NCBI GenBank assembly: GCA_965277715.1
Contig: OZ255836.1
Coordinates: forward strand, 2,976,001 to 3,040,000
DNA: 64,000 nt
Origin: Gammaproteobacteria bacterium
Lineage (GTDB): Bacteria; Pseudomonadota; Gammaproteobacteria; JBCCGL01
Direction of reading: 5' to 3'
Notes under the pieces: generated by a model
Told to the model about the DNA's origin: nothing
Seen by the model: only the letters and a program-made list of their open reading frames with translations
Database searches by the model: none
Part shown: one piece after another, positions 38,049-48,794 of the stretch
Numbering within the stretch: the stretch's first letter is position 1
Layout: each line of letters opens with the position of its first letter
Position numbers and translations under genes: made by a program

Positions 38049-39206
38049 TTGAACAATACGGATACAAAGACACTCAGCCATGTGCTGGCATCAATGCAAG
38101 GCAAACCGTATGAACAGGCCCACTCTCTGCCGGGTGCCTTTTATACAGACCCACACTGGCTCGATATAGAGCGCCGGTACTTATTTGGACAACAGTGGGT
38201 TTGCGCCGGGCGGATCGAAGAGCTTGGGTCTCCGGGCGACTACATGACTTTCGATCTTATAGGCGAACCGGTTTTGCTTGTCCACGGTAGCGATGGTGTC
38301 ATTCGTGCGCTGTCTAACGTATGCCGACACCGTGGCACCAAAGTGGCTGAGGGTACAGGCAATCTCAACCGTTTTGTATGCCCCTATCACCACTGGACTT
38401 ACGATACAGCAGGGCGCCTGATCAATGCCCCGCATATTGAAACACGCGACACTTTCGACCCGGCACACTGTCATCTGCCCGAACTGAGGTGCACAACATG
38501 GCAGGGGTTTTTATTTGTGTCACTGGACGCCAACGCCCCCAATCTGGAAGAAAAGCTTGTCCCTTTAACCCCGGTTATCAAGCACTACCATATTGAAGAA
38601 ATGCGACTACGCTATCTGGTCAATGAAGTTTGGGAGACCAATTGGAAATGCCTGTTGGAAAACTTTATGGAAGGCTATCATCTCTCCCCATTGCACAGAG
38701 ACACACTGCACAAAGTCAACCCAACCCGGCTTTGCCAACACCTCGATCCAGGCGAAGGTTATTTCGGCTATCGCGTTGGATTTTCCTCAAGACTTGCCAC
38801 TGAACGTATAGGCCACCAGGATTTGACCCGCAATGAGCTTGATACCTGCATTATGTTCGCTGTGCCACCGGGCCTGGCGGTTGGCGTGGGCAGTGATTAC
38901 ACCTCCTTTCTATGCATTCGACCAGAATCCCCCAGCAAAGTGCAGGTAAAAATAGGTTTATTATTTTTTGGCGATCAGTGGCGAATGGCACAAGTTGAAA
39001 ATGCCATCGGTTTATTCCAACAAACGATGGCTGAAGACAAAGCCGTGCTGTTGGCACTGCAACAAGGGATGGGTTCGAGATTCCACCAGCCGGGACCATT
39101 GGCACCACGCAATATGGAAGGCACTATCTGGGATTTTTATCAATACCTTTGCCGCCATCTGGAACCTGTGTTGAATAGCCACCCAATATCTTTGCACAAT
39201 ATCTAA
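38049..39206 (+). CDS. Rieske non-heme iron oxygenase alpha subunit (choline/betaine-type-like)
   Basis: Rieske ligands NVCRHRG..CPYHHW; mononuclear Fe ligands NWK..ENFMEGYH.SPLH and ED. Confidence 0.9.
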   Translation: MNNTDTKTLSHVLASMQGKPYEQAHSLPGAFYTDPHWLDIERRYLFGQQWVCAGRIEELGSPGDYMTFDLIGEPVLLVHGSDGVIRALSNVCRHRGTKVAEGTGNLNRFVCPYHHWTYDTAGRLINAPHIETRDTFDPAHCHLPELRCTTWQGFLFVSLDANAPNLEEKLVPLTPVIKHYHIEEMRLRYLVNEVWETNWKCLLENFMEGYHLSPLHRDTLHKVNPTRLCQHLDPGEGYFGYRVGFSSRLATERIGHQDLTRNELDTCIMFAVPPGLAVGVGSDYTSFLCIRPESPSKVQVKIGLLFFGDQWRMAQVENAIGLFQQTMAEDKAVLLALQQGMGSRFHQPGPLAPRNMEGTIWDFYQYLCRHLEPVLNSHPISLHNI

Positions 39207-39321
39207 GATCCAACTATAAGTAGTTAATAATATTGGACAGTCCGACACCGGGTTGCTAGAGTCGCTGCCCATCCTGGTGAGCGATTCTTGAGTTGCCAGC
39301 GAACCAAACAACGAGAGTTTA

Positions 39322-40887
39322 ATGATGCAAGAAGTTGAAGGCCGATCATACGATTCACAACAAACCGATGAGATTGACCTCCGCCAACTTCTTCTAAAAA
39401 TATGGGCTGTTAGAGTCCCTGTTGTCGTAACGCTTATGCTGGTTACCTGTGTTTATTGGGGTTTTTGGGCAATAAAGAAATTTAATGCACCGAACACATA
39501 CACCTACTCACGCATTATACAATTCACTTTTAAGGGAATTGAAAACCAAGAATACCCTAATGGTTCCCCTTACCGTTTAGCCGACGTGATGGCGCCGAGT
39601 ATACTGTCATTGGCTTACAATATAAACGATCTGGACGAATACAATATTGCTGAGTCCGATTTTGCGCAGCGCTTTAATATCCAACCTTATGCACCCGATT
39701 ACAATTTGATCGTCAAACGTTATGACAAAGTGTTATCCAATAAGAGAATCAAGCCAGAACAAATTGATACGTTACAGAAAAGACTTCAAGCTGAACTTGC
39801 CCAAGCCAGTATCGGTTCGGCGCAGATCTCTTTTACACCGCGTCAAAAACGCCCGCTACCAAAAACCCTGATTGACAAAATACTCCTGGATATCCCCCGG
39901 CTATGGGCAGAAAGAGCTATTGAGACACATGGCGTAGCTGAACTGGATGTACCGATATACTCCAATAAGATTTTTAATATAAACCGGTTTGAATCCCTGG
40001 ACTATTTGGTAAGCCTGGATTTACTCAGAGACAATATCAAGCTGGTCCTTGAGAATATTCAACTGCTATTAGAGCTGCCCAATGGAAATACTGTTAAAGA
40101 CCTGGAAACCGGGTATACGTTGCCCGATCTCAAAAAATCGATCACTGATATTGTCAGTTACGATCTACAGGCACTGTTAGCACCGGTACTTGATCTGGGT
40201 ATTACCAAAAATACCGATGCCGTTCTGCTACACTACCAATACAAGGTACGAAAACTAACACAACAAAGGGATTTTCTGGATGAACAGGCTGAAATCATTT
40301 CAACCTCTCTCGACCAGTACAGCAGAGTCGTTTATGGCGAGCATCAAGACAATTCCGGTAATCCGCCAACTGGCCAACACACTAGTTCAACTGTGCCACA
40401 ATTGGGTGACGATTTTATTGACCGTATCATTACTATGGCTGACCAGGGAAAAGATCTCGAATATCGGCAAAAACTATCTGATCAGATATTAGAACTTCGA
40501 CACCAGGCAGCAAGCATTAACTTCCAGATAAAACTCGACCAAACGATTCTCAATTCTATTAAAGACAGGACAGAGGAGGATGCTGTCGAATTTAAACAAC
40601 ATTACCTTGATCTATTGCAAAAATCTTTTCCAGTGATTATTGCTCAGCTACAGGATTATGTGGCAATAACTAACCGAATAGCCGGTTTATTAAGCAAGGA
40701 AAACCTGGGGTACAGTGGTGCACTGTACAGACCAGGTGGTTCAAGCACTTTGACAGTTTCAACTGACAAGCTGATTACCAAACAGGACATTATCATTTAT
40801 ACGATACTGATGTTTTTCACACTGTTCAGTACTTTATTGGTGGCTATGTCATATAGAGCACTTCAACACAATTTAAATAAGGATTGA
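39322..40887 (+). CDS. Wzz/polysaccharide co-polymerase-like membrane protein
   Basis: Wzz-like N-terminus DEIDLRQLLLKIW, TM helices at both ends, long coiled-coil central region. Confidence 0.55.
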   Translation: MMQEVEGRSYDSQQTDEIDLRQLLLKIWAVRVPVVVTLMLVTCVYWGFWAIKKFNAPNTYTYSRIIQFTFKGIENQEYPNGSPYRLADVMAPSILSLAYNINDLDEYNIAESDFAQRFNIQPYAPDYNLIVKRYDKVLSNKRIKPEQIDTLQKRLQAELAQASIGSAQISFTPRQKRPLPKTLIDKILLDIPRLWAERAIETHGVAELDVPIYSNKIFNINRFESLDYLVSLDLLRDNIKLVLENIQLLLELPNGNTVKDLETGYTLPDLKKSITDIVSYDLQALLAPVLDLGITKNTDAVLLHYQYKVRKLTQQRDFLDEQAEIISTSLDQYSRVVYGEHQDNSGNPPTGQHTSSTVPQLGDDFIDRIITMADQGKDLEYRQKLSDQILELRHQAASINFQIKLDQTILNSIKDRTEEDAVEFKQHYLDLLQKSFPVIIAQLQDYVAITNRIAGLLSKENLGYSGALYRPGGSSTLTVSTDKLITKQDIIIYTILMFFTLFSTLLVAMSYRALQHNLNKD

Positions 40888-40958
40888 AATAAACACCTAG
40901 CAACTACCAGAGAGTATTCAGCTGGCAATACAGGTGCTAAACATCAGCTAAAGCACCA

Positions 40959-42461
40959 TCAACTTCGGTCGTGATTGCGGTACGAAATCGCCTCGCTCAG
41001 ACAGGCGGTATTGATATTTTCCAGTGAGGCCAAATCTGCGATAGTGCGCGCCAGTTTTAATATACGGTGATACGCCCGTGCAGACAGATTCAAACGTTGC
41101 ATTGCCTGGTCTAGCAGCAGTGCATCGCTTTCTGCAAGCGGGCAATGGGTATCAATATCTTTCACCCCCAGCGCGGCATTCATTTTTCCACAGCGTGTGT
41201 ATTGCCGTTCACGTGCGGCGCTGACACGCTGGCGCACAGTATCACTACCCTCTACTTTTGGGTCTATTTTTTGCAGGTCCTCGCGGGCAACGCGAGGCAC
41301 TTCTATTTGCATATCAATACGATCCAGGAACGGGCCGGATAACCGTGATTGGTACCGTTGCACCTGATCCGCACTACAGCGGCATATCGCCTTCGGATCC
41401 GTTTTATTGCCACAGGGGCAGGGGTTCATCGCGGCTATTAGCTGAAATCGTGCAGGAAATTCAGCCTGCCTTGCAGCACGTGAAATGGTGATACAGCCCG
41501 ACTCCATAGGCTCACGCAATACATCCAGTACTTTTCGACTATATTCCGGCAGCTCATCAAGAAACAATACACCGGCGTGTGCCAAAGAGATTTCACCTGG
41601 CCGGGGTGAACTGCCGCCGCCCACTAAAGCGACACCTGAAGCCGTGTGGTGTGGTGTGCGAAAAGGTCGCACGCCCCATTGGTTTGGGTTGAACCCATTG
41701 TGACTGACCGAGGCAATAGCGGCCGCTTCGCGTGATTCGCCCGGCGTCATTGGCGGTAAAATACCCGGCAACCGACTGGCCAACATGGATTTCCCCGTGC
41801 CCGGAGGGCCACACATTAGCAAGTTATGCCCACCCGCCGCCGCTACTTCGAGTGCGCGCTTGGCCTGGTATTGCCCTTTGACGTCGGCGAGGTTCGGCAA
41901 GTGAGCAAAGGGGGAATTGATGACTGTTGCGCTGGCTTTACGCAACAGTACTTCACCCCGCATATGCGCACACACATCCAATAGGTGTGAGGCGCCATAG
42001 ACGTTACTGCCATCAGCCAATGCAGCCTCCCCGGCATTGCAGACTGGCAACACCAGCGCCCGCCGACTGCGTGTACTGGCAACAGCCGTTGGCAAGGCAC
42101 CGCGCACTGCATATAAGCCACCACCGAGCGCCAGCTCGCCAATAAATTCATTTTCGACCAGCTTATTGCCCGGCAGTTGCCCGGATGCGGCGAGAATACC
42201 CAGTGCAATCGGGAGATCAAAACGACCACCGTCTTTAGGTAGATCAGCGGGAGCCAAGCTCACCGTGATACGCCGCGCGGGATAATCGAACTGCGCATTG
42301 AGCAACGCAGCACGCACGCGGTCTTTGCTTTCTTTAACCGCCGCTTCCGGCAGACCGACGATCGACATTGACGGCAAACCGCCGGAGAGGTGTACCTCGA
42401 CGCGAACTTCGATCGCTTCGATTCCGACCAGGGCGCGTGAGTGAACGACAGCGAGAGACAT
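40959..42461 (-). CDS. comM: YifB/ComM Mg-chelatase-like AAA+ ATPase
   Basis: VGLPEAAVKES.DRVR, Walker A GPPGTGKS, PHHTAS, LFLDELPE, NPCPCG. Confidence 0.93.
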   Translation of the reverse strand: MSLAVVHSRALVGIEAIEVRVEVHLSGGLPSMSIVGLPEAAVKESKDRVRAALLNAQFDYPARRITVSLAPADLPKDGGRFDLPIALGILAASGQLPGNKLVENEFIGELALGGGLYAVRGALPTAVASTRSRRALVLPVCNAGEAALADGSNVYGASHLLDVCAHMRGEVLLRKASATVINSPFAHLPNLADVKGQYQAKRALEVAAAGGHNLLMCGPPGTGKSMLASRLPGILPPMTPGESREAAAIASVSHNGFNPNQWGVRPFRTPHHTASGVALVGGGSSPRPGEISLAHAGVLFLDELPEYSRKVLDVLREPMESGCITISRAARQAEFPARFQLIAAMNPCPCGNKTDPKAICRCSADQVQRYQSRLSGPFLDRIDMQIEVPRVAREDLQKIDPKVEGSDTVRQRVSAARERQYTRCGKMNAALGVKDIDTHCPLAESDALLLDQAMQRLNLSARAYHRILKLARTIADLASLENINTACLSEAISYRNHDRS

Positions 42462-42581
42462 TAAACACTCCTTGTTGGGAACAGGTTCCGTTAGGTAACA
42501 ATCACTCTACCAGTATTTACCGCTGTTTTGTAGGCATTGACGCTAACAATCCAGAGCGAACAGTCAGGGCAGGCTCATACA

Positions 42582-42839
42582 TCAACACTGTCTGTTTTCC
42601 CGCGAGGCGGTTTCCAGTTCGAGCAACCGCGCTTCAAACTGATCCAGTTTCTCACGGGTTCTAGCCAGCAATTGTGATTGAATATCAAAGTCCTCACGTG
42701 TGACCAGATCCATTTTGGTGAGTACTGTCTGCATTGCAACACAGGCATTGCGCTCGAAATCGCTTTTCAAAGCATCGACACCGGGTGGCAATAAACGTGA
42801 CAACGATTCAGCAAATTCGTCAAAAACGGCGTTGTTCAT
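42582..42839 (-). CDS. ubiK: Ubiquinone biosynthesis accessory factor UbiK (BMFP family)
   Basis: KMDLVTREDFDIQ..LL.RTREKL..LE; usual position upstream of comM. Confidence 0.85.
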   Translation of the reverse strand: MNNAVFDEFAESLSRLLPPGVDALKSDFERNACVAMQTVLTKMDLVTREDFDIQSQLLARTREKLDQFEARLLELETASRENRQC

Positions 42840-42987
42840 ACTTTATCCATACATCTGAGATAGGTGTGATTTTACAATCAAACACTTTGCGCAGGTAGGT
42901 TTATCAAGGTAAAAAACCTGTTCACCACCCGTGTACCGGGATAGGATTATCTATAACCTTATCTTGTGACACTCCAGGGGGCCTTGC

Positions 42988-43347
42988 GTGTTCAAATATT
43001 TCATACTAACCGTATTACTGACCATCAGCACCGCGTTGCCTGCAGGTGAAGTGGATGTTGTCGGGGTTAAAATCGTAGCAGTGGATGGTACACATTTTCG
43101 CATCGATGCCAGCTTGCAACACGCCGACACCGGTTGGCAACACTACGCCGATGCCTGGGAGGTGATCGATGAAAACGGTACGCTATTGGGCACGCGGGTA
43201 TTACATCATCCACATGTCAGGGAGCAGCCCTTTACGCGCAGCCTGACCCTGGAAATTCCCGCTGGGGTAACCACTGTTACCATTAGAGCGCACGATTCTG
43301 TACACGGGTACGTCGGCAAAACCCTGGATATCGCCGTACCGCGATAG
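42988..43347 (+). CDS. Hypothetical secreted protein
   Basis: Signal peptide; HADTGWQHYADAWEV..RVLHHPHVREQPFTRSL motif block. Confidence 0.7.
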   Translation: MFKYFILTVLLTISTALPAGEVDVVGVKIVAVDGTHFRIDASLQHADTGWQHYADAWEVIDENGTLLGTRVLHHPHVREQPFTRSLTLEIPAGVTTVTIRAHDSVHGYVGKTLDIAVPR

Positions 43348-43351
43348 CTGA

Positions 43352-44494
43352 TTATTTAGCCGGTTGTTTCGGTGCACAAACAGGCAATTGTTCACTCAAT
43401 GCCTGAGCGCCTCTGGTAGCACGTAAAACCCGCTCTTCTTCAACCACGTGTGTGGGAAACTGACTCATAAAACAACAACACAGGTTGTCATCGATCATAG
43501 TGCGCGGGCCATGCGGGTGGGCAATATGGCGATACACCCCATGGCTATGGGGATGTTCATGGGAGTGTGAATGATCGTGCGCATGGTGGCTGTGATTGTG
43601 TGAATGCGCATAATGGTGGTGGTCATCGTGAGGCTGATACTCGGCATGGTGATGATGTATATCGACTTCTCCACGTGCCAGGCGCGCTTTAAACGATGCC
43701 ATCAGATTATCTTCACCAAGTGCATCGCCCTGCTGCATACAACTCTCAATACGATCGACAAAGGTATCGATAACGTGTGGTTGATCACGCAGGTAATCTG
43801 CCTTGAAAAATACCACATCGGGGTTTTGCGCAGCAATCGCATCAACATAATTATAAATACGTGTAATTAAGCGACCGGAAAATAGAAAATACGGTGCCAC
43901 TACCACCTTTTTAAAACCCAACTTGAGCGCCATCTCCAGACCGCGCCCCACCGAAGGATAGGTCACCCCGGAATACACTGTTTCCGCCCAGCCAAAACCG
44001 AGATTTTCATTGACAATGCGCGTCATCTTGGCCGCTTCTGCATTCGCACCGACATCTGAGGTACCACGGCCAACCACGACCAACAGGGTATCGTAAAGCG
44101 CGCCACACGCAGGTGTTTCGCTATACCCCATCGATTCTATAATCCGCGTCTCAAACGCCGCAATCATTTGGGGGTGCAAGCCGAGCTCACGGCCATAGTG
44201 AATGTTTAACCCCGCGTGCTTTTCCCGATACGTGGTCAGCACCGAGGGGATATCATTTTTCGCGTGGGTGGCGGCAAATAACATACCGGGCACGGCGTAA
44301 ATCTCATCGACACCTTGTTCTACCAGAGCATCCAACCCCATATGAATATTGGGCGCTGAGTACTCCAAAAAACCGTACTCAACAGGGATACCTGGGTAAC
44401 GTGCCTGCAAACCTTTGGCGAGCAGGCTGAATTCCTGTTCCGCCGTTTTAGCGCGACTGCCGTGGCCGCATACCATAATGCCTGTTTTTTTCAT
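43352..44494 (-). CDS. cbiX: Sirohydrochlorin cobaltochelatase CbiX with His-rich tail
   Basis: CGHGSR, GFLE, HAKNDIP, VGRGTSD..AN, PYFLFSG and a poly-His segment. Confidence 0.88.
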   Translation of the reverse strand: MKKTGIMVCGHGSRAKTAEQEFSLLAKGLQARYPGIPVEYGFLEYSAPNIHMGLDALVEQGVDEIYAVPGMLFAATHAKNDIPSVLTTYREKHAGLNIHYGRELGLHPQMIAAFETRIIESMGYSETPACGALYDTLLVVVGRGTSDVGANAEAAKMTRIVNENLGFGWAETVYSGVTYPSVGRGLEMALKLGFKKVVVAPYFLFSGRLITRIYNYVDAIAAQNPDVVFFKADYLRDQPHVIDTFVDRIESCMQQGDALGEDNLMASFKARLARGEVDIHHHHAEYQPHDDHHHYAHSHNHSHHAHDHSHSHEHPHSHGVYRHIAHPHGPRTMIDDNLCCCFMSQFPTHVVEEERVLRATRGAQALSEQLPVCAPKQPAK

Positions 44495-44532
44495 TGCCTA
44501 CTCTTGGAGATTATTTTAAATCGATGGTTAGT

Positions 44533-46029
44533 TTACGATGAAAGCCTCTCGCTATGGCGGCTGCCGACAGCGTTGTGTAAAAGGGGTTCCAGCGCCCCCA
44601 TATCGAGGTGTTGTTCCACTACACCGGCCCAATGTTCGATGTGTTTTTCCCGCTCGCCTTGATAATCAATAGCCTGTGCATTTTCCAACCCGGCCCATTT
44701 GAGTAAGGCTGTGCACGCACCCTGCTGATCAAAAATACCATGCAGGTAGGTCGCCAGTATTTGCTTATCACAACTCATCGCACCATCGTTGCGAGCGCTC
44801 AATACGACAGCAGGGTTATTCAGTGCCGTGCCGCTGCACTCACCGGTATGAATTTCGTAGCCCGTACACGCGGGTCGCCCCGGCAGTGCCAGCCACCCCT
44901 CGACCCGTCGCAGTTTTTTGTGCGTGCATAACGTGGTGTGTATATCCAGCCAGGCAAACCCTTCGCTACTGCCCGCTGGACCCTCGGTACCATCGGGGTC
45001 GTGAATCATATTACCGAGCATTTGCAACCCCCCACAGATACCCATGACTTTACCACCATAGCGCAAGTGACGGGCCAGGTATTCACGCCAGCCATTGTCG
45101 ACCAGCCATTGCAAGTCTGTGCGCACACTTTTACTACCAGGCAATATCACTAGATCAGCCGCAGGTAATTTATCACCCATGCCCGCAAAATACAGATTAA
45201 CGTGTGGGTGCAACAGCAATGGGTCAAAATCGGTGTGATTACTAATACGGGGAAAGCGCGGCACTAGCACGTCAATCGCCTCCTTTCCCTCTATAGGTTG
45301 TTTAACAAATTTGCCCGAAAGCCCATCCTCTGCTTCGAGGTGCAGGCCCTCGACAAATGGCAATACACCAAGCACCGGGATACCTGTGCGCTGTTGCAGC
45401 CAATCAATACCCGGTTTCAGTATCGCTATATCACCGCGAAAGCGATTGATGACCATACCCCCTATACGCGCACGCTCACTTTCGCTGAGCAATTCAAGCG
45501 TGCCCACCAAATGCGCAAAGACCCCCCCCCGGTCTATATCTGCCACCAGTATGACCGGACAGTCGACAGCTTCGGCAAAGCCCATATTGGCAACATCACC
45601 TTCGCGCAGATTAATTTCTGCCGGACTGCCCGCCCCCTCGACGATGACGACCTGATATTGACCGGACAAACGGGCATGGGCATCCAGTATTGGCTTCATT
45701 ACCTTGGGTTTGAATGCGTGGTAACGGCGCGCATCCATATCACCAATTGCATGGCCATTAATAATTATCTGCGCACCGGTATTGCTATTTGGTTTTAACA
45801 GCACCGGGTTCATATCCGTATGTGCATCGATGCCACACGCCTGTGCCTGCACGGCCTGTGCCCGGCCAATTTCCCCACCATCGACAGTGACTGCGCTGTT
45901 GAGCGCCATGTTTTGCGGTTTAAAAGGTGCCACAGTTATACCACGGCGCAGCAAAATACGGCACAATGCGACAGCCAGCGCGCTCTTACCCGCATCCGAT
46001 GTAGTGCCCTGAACCATTAAGGTCGTCAT
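44533..46029 (-). CDS. cobQ: Cobyric acid synthase
   Basis: [58 protein letters not shown]. Confidence 0.95.
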   Translation of the reverse strand: MTTLMVQGTTSDAGKSALAVALCRILLRRGITVAPFKPQNMALNSAVTVDGGEIGRAQAVQAQACGIDAHTDMNPVLLKPNSNTGAQIIINGHAIGDMDARRYHAFKPKVMKPILDAHARLSGQYQVVIVEGAGSPAEINLREGDVANMGFAEAVDCPVILVADIDRGGVFAHLVGTLELLSESERARIGGMVINRFRGDIAILKPGIDWLQQRTGIPVLGVLPFVEGLHLEAEDGLSGKFVKQPIEGKEAIDVLVPRFPRISNHTDFDPLLLHPHVNLYFAGMGDKLPAADLVILPGSKSVRTDLQWLVDNGWREYLARHLRYGGKVMGICGGLQMLGNMIHDPDGTEGPAGSSEGFAWLDIHTTLCTHKKLRRVEGWLALPGRPACTGYEIHTGECSGTALNNPAVVLSARNDGAMSCDKQILATYLHGIFDQQGACTALLKWAGLENAQAIDYQGEREKHIEHWAGVVEQHLDMGALEPLLHNAVGSRHSERLSS

Positions 46030-46107
46030 TGTGAGATGGCAAACCTGCAAGCAGTGGAAAGCCGGGAATGTTAACATCAAACAAGTTTTTGACTTATTTT
46101 TTTACCT

Positions 46108-47337
46108 GTGGCCGATAGCACTTTAACTCAACTCACTCAACGCAAAAGACCCATCGCTAATCAAGCGCTGCGCATTGGTTTTTTCATTGTTCTTAGCCTA
46201 TTTCTGCCGATTACTGCATGGCCTGTCTACGCCGACTCTGAGGTTGAGTACCGGGCCAGGTTAAAGCAAATAAGACAGCAAGTCAGCGCCATTCAAAAAT
46301 CGATTGCCACAAAACAGGCGCAGCGGGGTAAAGGCGTTAGTGCACTCAAAAAATCTGAACTGGAAATCGCAGCCATTGCCCAGCGTATGCGCGATATCGA
46401 TGCGCAATCGCAGCAGACCCAAGATGAATTCGACCAACTCGATAACCATTCACAACAGCTGACGACAGTGCTTGAGGCACACCAGTACTCACTCAACCAA
46501 CAAATCAAAGCTGCCTATCAAACGGGCCGAACACCACACATACAGTTATTTTTAAACCAGCAGAACCCCGCACTGATTAGCCGTATGTTTAGTTATTACG
46601 ACTATTTTAATCGCGCCCGGCAAATTGAAATAGATAAAGCACTTGCGTTACTTGAGGAGTTACAGACCGTGCACCAGGAAAAGTTGCGTGTGACGCAACG
46701 CCTAAAGGACACCCGCAGCAAATTGCAAAAACAGCACGCTGCGATGCAACGCGCCAGCGAAAAACGTCGTGCAAGTATTAGCAAGTTGGAGAAAAGACTC
46801 TCAAAGGACAGCGGCAGGTTATCGGTATTACTCAAAGACCAGCAGGATCTGGCGCAATTACTGGAGCAGCTCAACCAGGTGTTTGCCGACCTGCCACCAC
46901 CACCCCTGGAACGCAAGCCCTTTAAATCCATGAAGGGAAAACTACCCTGGCCAGCCGTGGGCACACTCAAAGCCAAATACAACGATACCAAAGATGGCGA
47001 TAGCAGGCGATGGAAAGGTATGTTGATCGGTGCAAAAATTGGCAGTGACGTACACGCCATCTACCACGGCCAGATTGCCTTTGCCGACTGGATGAATGGC
47101 TTTGGCCTGATTTTAATTATCGACCATGGCGATAACTACATGAGTATCTACGCAAACAATCAAACATTATACAAAACACAAGGTGAATGGGTTGCTCCAG
47201 GCGAGCTGATTGCGACAGTAGGTAATTCAGGTGGCCAGCACAAAGGGGGTATCTATTTTGAAATTCGCCGCAAAGGACAACCTATTAATCCTCATAGATG
47301 GGTAAAAAAGTCTATAAAGTCTGTTTCTATACAGTAA
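46108..47337 (+). CDS. envC: Murein hydrolase activator EnvC (coiled coil + M23 domain)
   Basis: Long coiled coil, KGKLPWP, WKGMLI, FADWMNGFG, IIDHG, YFEIR. Confidence 0.88.
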   Translation: MADSTLTQLTQRKRPIANQALRIGFFIVLSLFLPITAWPVYADSEVEYRARLKQIRQQVSAIQKSIATKQAQRGKGVSALKKSELEIAAIAQRMRDIDAQSQQTQDEFDQLDNHSQQLTTVLEAHQYSLNQQIKAAYQTGRTPHIQLFLNQQNPALISRMFSYYDYFNRARQIEIDKALALLEELQTVHQEKLRVTQRLKDTRSKLQKQHAAMQRASEKRRASISKLEKRLSKDSGRLSVLLKDQQDLAQLLEQLNQVFADLPPPPLERKPFKSMKGKLPWPAVGTLKAKYNDTKDGDSRRWKGMLIGAKIGSDVHAIYHGQIAFADWMNGFGLILIIDHGDNYMSIYANNQTLYKTQGEWVAPGELIATVGNSGGQHKGGIYFEIRRKGQPINPHRWVKKSIKSVSIQ

Positions 47338-47474
47338 TTTTCGACGCTTCAGTACAGTGAATGATAGAATTCAGCCATTAATTACTGAGCGCCTCAAAAT
47401 TTAGGTAATGTGGAGATGCGTTTCGCGCCATCTTTTTCGTCGCCTTTTTACACGGTTTTATCTGGAGATAGTTA

Positions 47475-48791
47475 ATGATTCGCCTCTCTCGCACGTTATC
47501 GCTCGTTATGTTGGGCGCCATTATTGGCGCCATGCTCACTATCGGGCAATCAGTATTTGCCACCAAACAAAGCGAAACACTACCACTGGCGGAGTTGCGC
47601 GCCTTTACCGACGTATTCACCCGCATCAAACAGGATTATGTAGAACAGGTCGATGACAAAACCCTGATTGAATACGCGATTCGCGGCATGTTATCCGGCC
47701 TCGACCCTCATTCCTCCTACCTCAATGAAGAAGAGTTCAACGAACTGCGCGTTGGTACTTCCGGTGAATTTGGTGGTCTTGGTATAGAGGTCAACATGGA
47801 AGACGGCTTTGTTAAAGTCGTTTCCCCCATCGACGATACACCGGCGCAACAGGCGGGAATGAAAAGTGGTGATCTGATTATCCGTATCGATGGCAAGCCG
47901 GTTAAGGGCATGACACTTAACGAGGCGGTAAAGCTGATGCGCGGTAAACCCGGCAGCACCATCAACCTGACAGTCGTTCGCCAGGGGCTGGACAAACCCC
48001 TGTCAGTGGATATTGTGCGCGCCATTATCCAGGTCAACAGTGTCAAGCACCGCCTGATGGATAATGATTTTGGCTATCTGCGCATTTCACACTTCCAGGT
48101 CAAAACAACACAGAATATGCTGGAAGCGATCGATACAATGAACACGGAAAGTAAAGGCAAGCTAAAAGGGCTGGTGCTCGATTTGCGCAACAACCCTGGC
48201 GGGGTACTCTCTGCTGCGGTAGGTGTTTCCAATGCGTTTATCGAAAAAGGCCTGATTGTATACACTGACGGGCGCGAGACAGGCTCACGGCTGCGTTACA
48301 ATGCCAACCCAGGTGACGCGATGAACGCGGCACCTGTAGTGGTTTTGGTTAATGGTGGTTCTGCCTCAGCATCCGAAATTGTAGCAGGCGCTTTGCAAGA
48401 CCATAAACGCGCCATTATTATGGGTGAGAAAACCTTTGGTAAAGGATCTGTGCAAACTATTCAGGATTTACAGACCGGCGGTGCCGTCAAACTCACCACC
48501 GCACGTTATTACACGCCATCGGGGCGCTCTATTCAGGCCAAGGGTATCAATCCGGATATCGTTGTCGAGTTACTCGAAGTAACCAACCGTGAAAAGCCGG
48601 TAGTCGATTCATTGAAAGAGTCGAATCTCAGTGGCCACCTGGAAAACACCGACCAGCAGGAGCAGACCTCAGCGGAACAGAAAAAAGACACAACACAGCC
48701 TCCGGCTAGCGACCCATCGACCGATGATTATCAACTTTTTCAGGCGCTAAACTTATTGAAAGGATTGACCATCCTCAGCGCCGGGAGCTGA
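47475..48791 (+). CDS. ctpA: Carboxy-terminal processing protease (S41)
   Basis: LDPHS, PDZ domain, LDLRNNPGG, SASASEIVAGALQD, TFGKGSVQ. Confidence 0.93.
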   Translation: MIRLSRTLSLVMLGAIIGAMLTIGQSVFATKQSETLPLAELRAFTDVFTRIKQDYVEQVDDKTLIEYAIRGMLSGLDPHSSYLNEEEFNELRVGTSGEFGGLGIEVNMEDGFVKVVSPIDDTPAQQAGMKSGDLIIRIDGKPVKGMTLNEAVKLMRGKPGSTINLTVVRQGLDKPLSVDIVRAIIQVNSVKHRLMDNDFGYLRISHFQVKTTQNMLEAIDTMNTESKGKLKGLVLDLRNNPGGVLSAAVGVSNAFIEKGLIVYTDGRETGSRLRYNANPGDAMNAAPVVVLVNGGSASASEIVAGALQDHKRAIIMGEKTFGKGSVQTIQDLQTGGAVKLTTARYYTPSGRSIQAKGINPDIVVELLEVTNREKPVVDSLKESNLSGHLENTDQQEQTSAEQKKDTTQPPASDPSTDDYQLFQALNLLKGLTILSAGS

Positions 48792-48794
48792 CAC

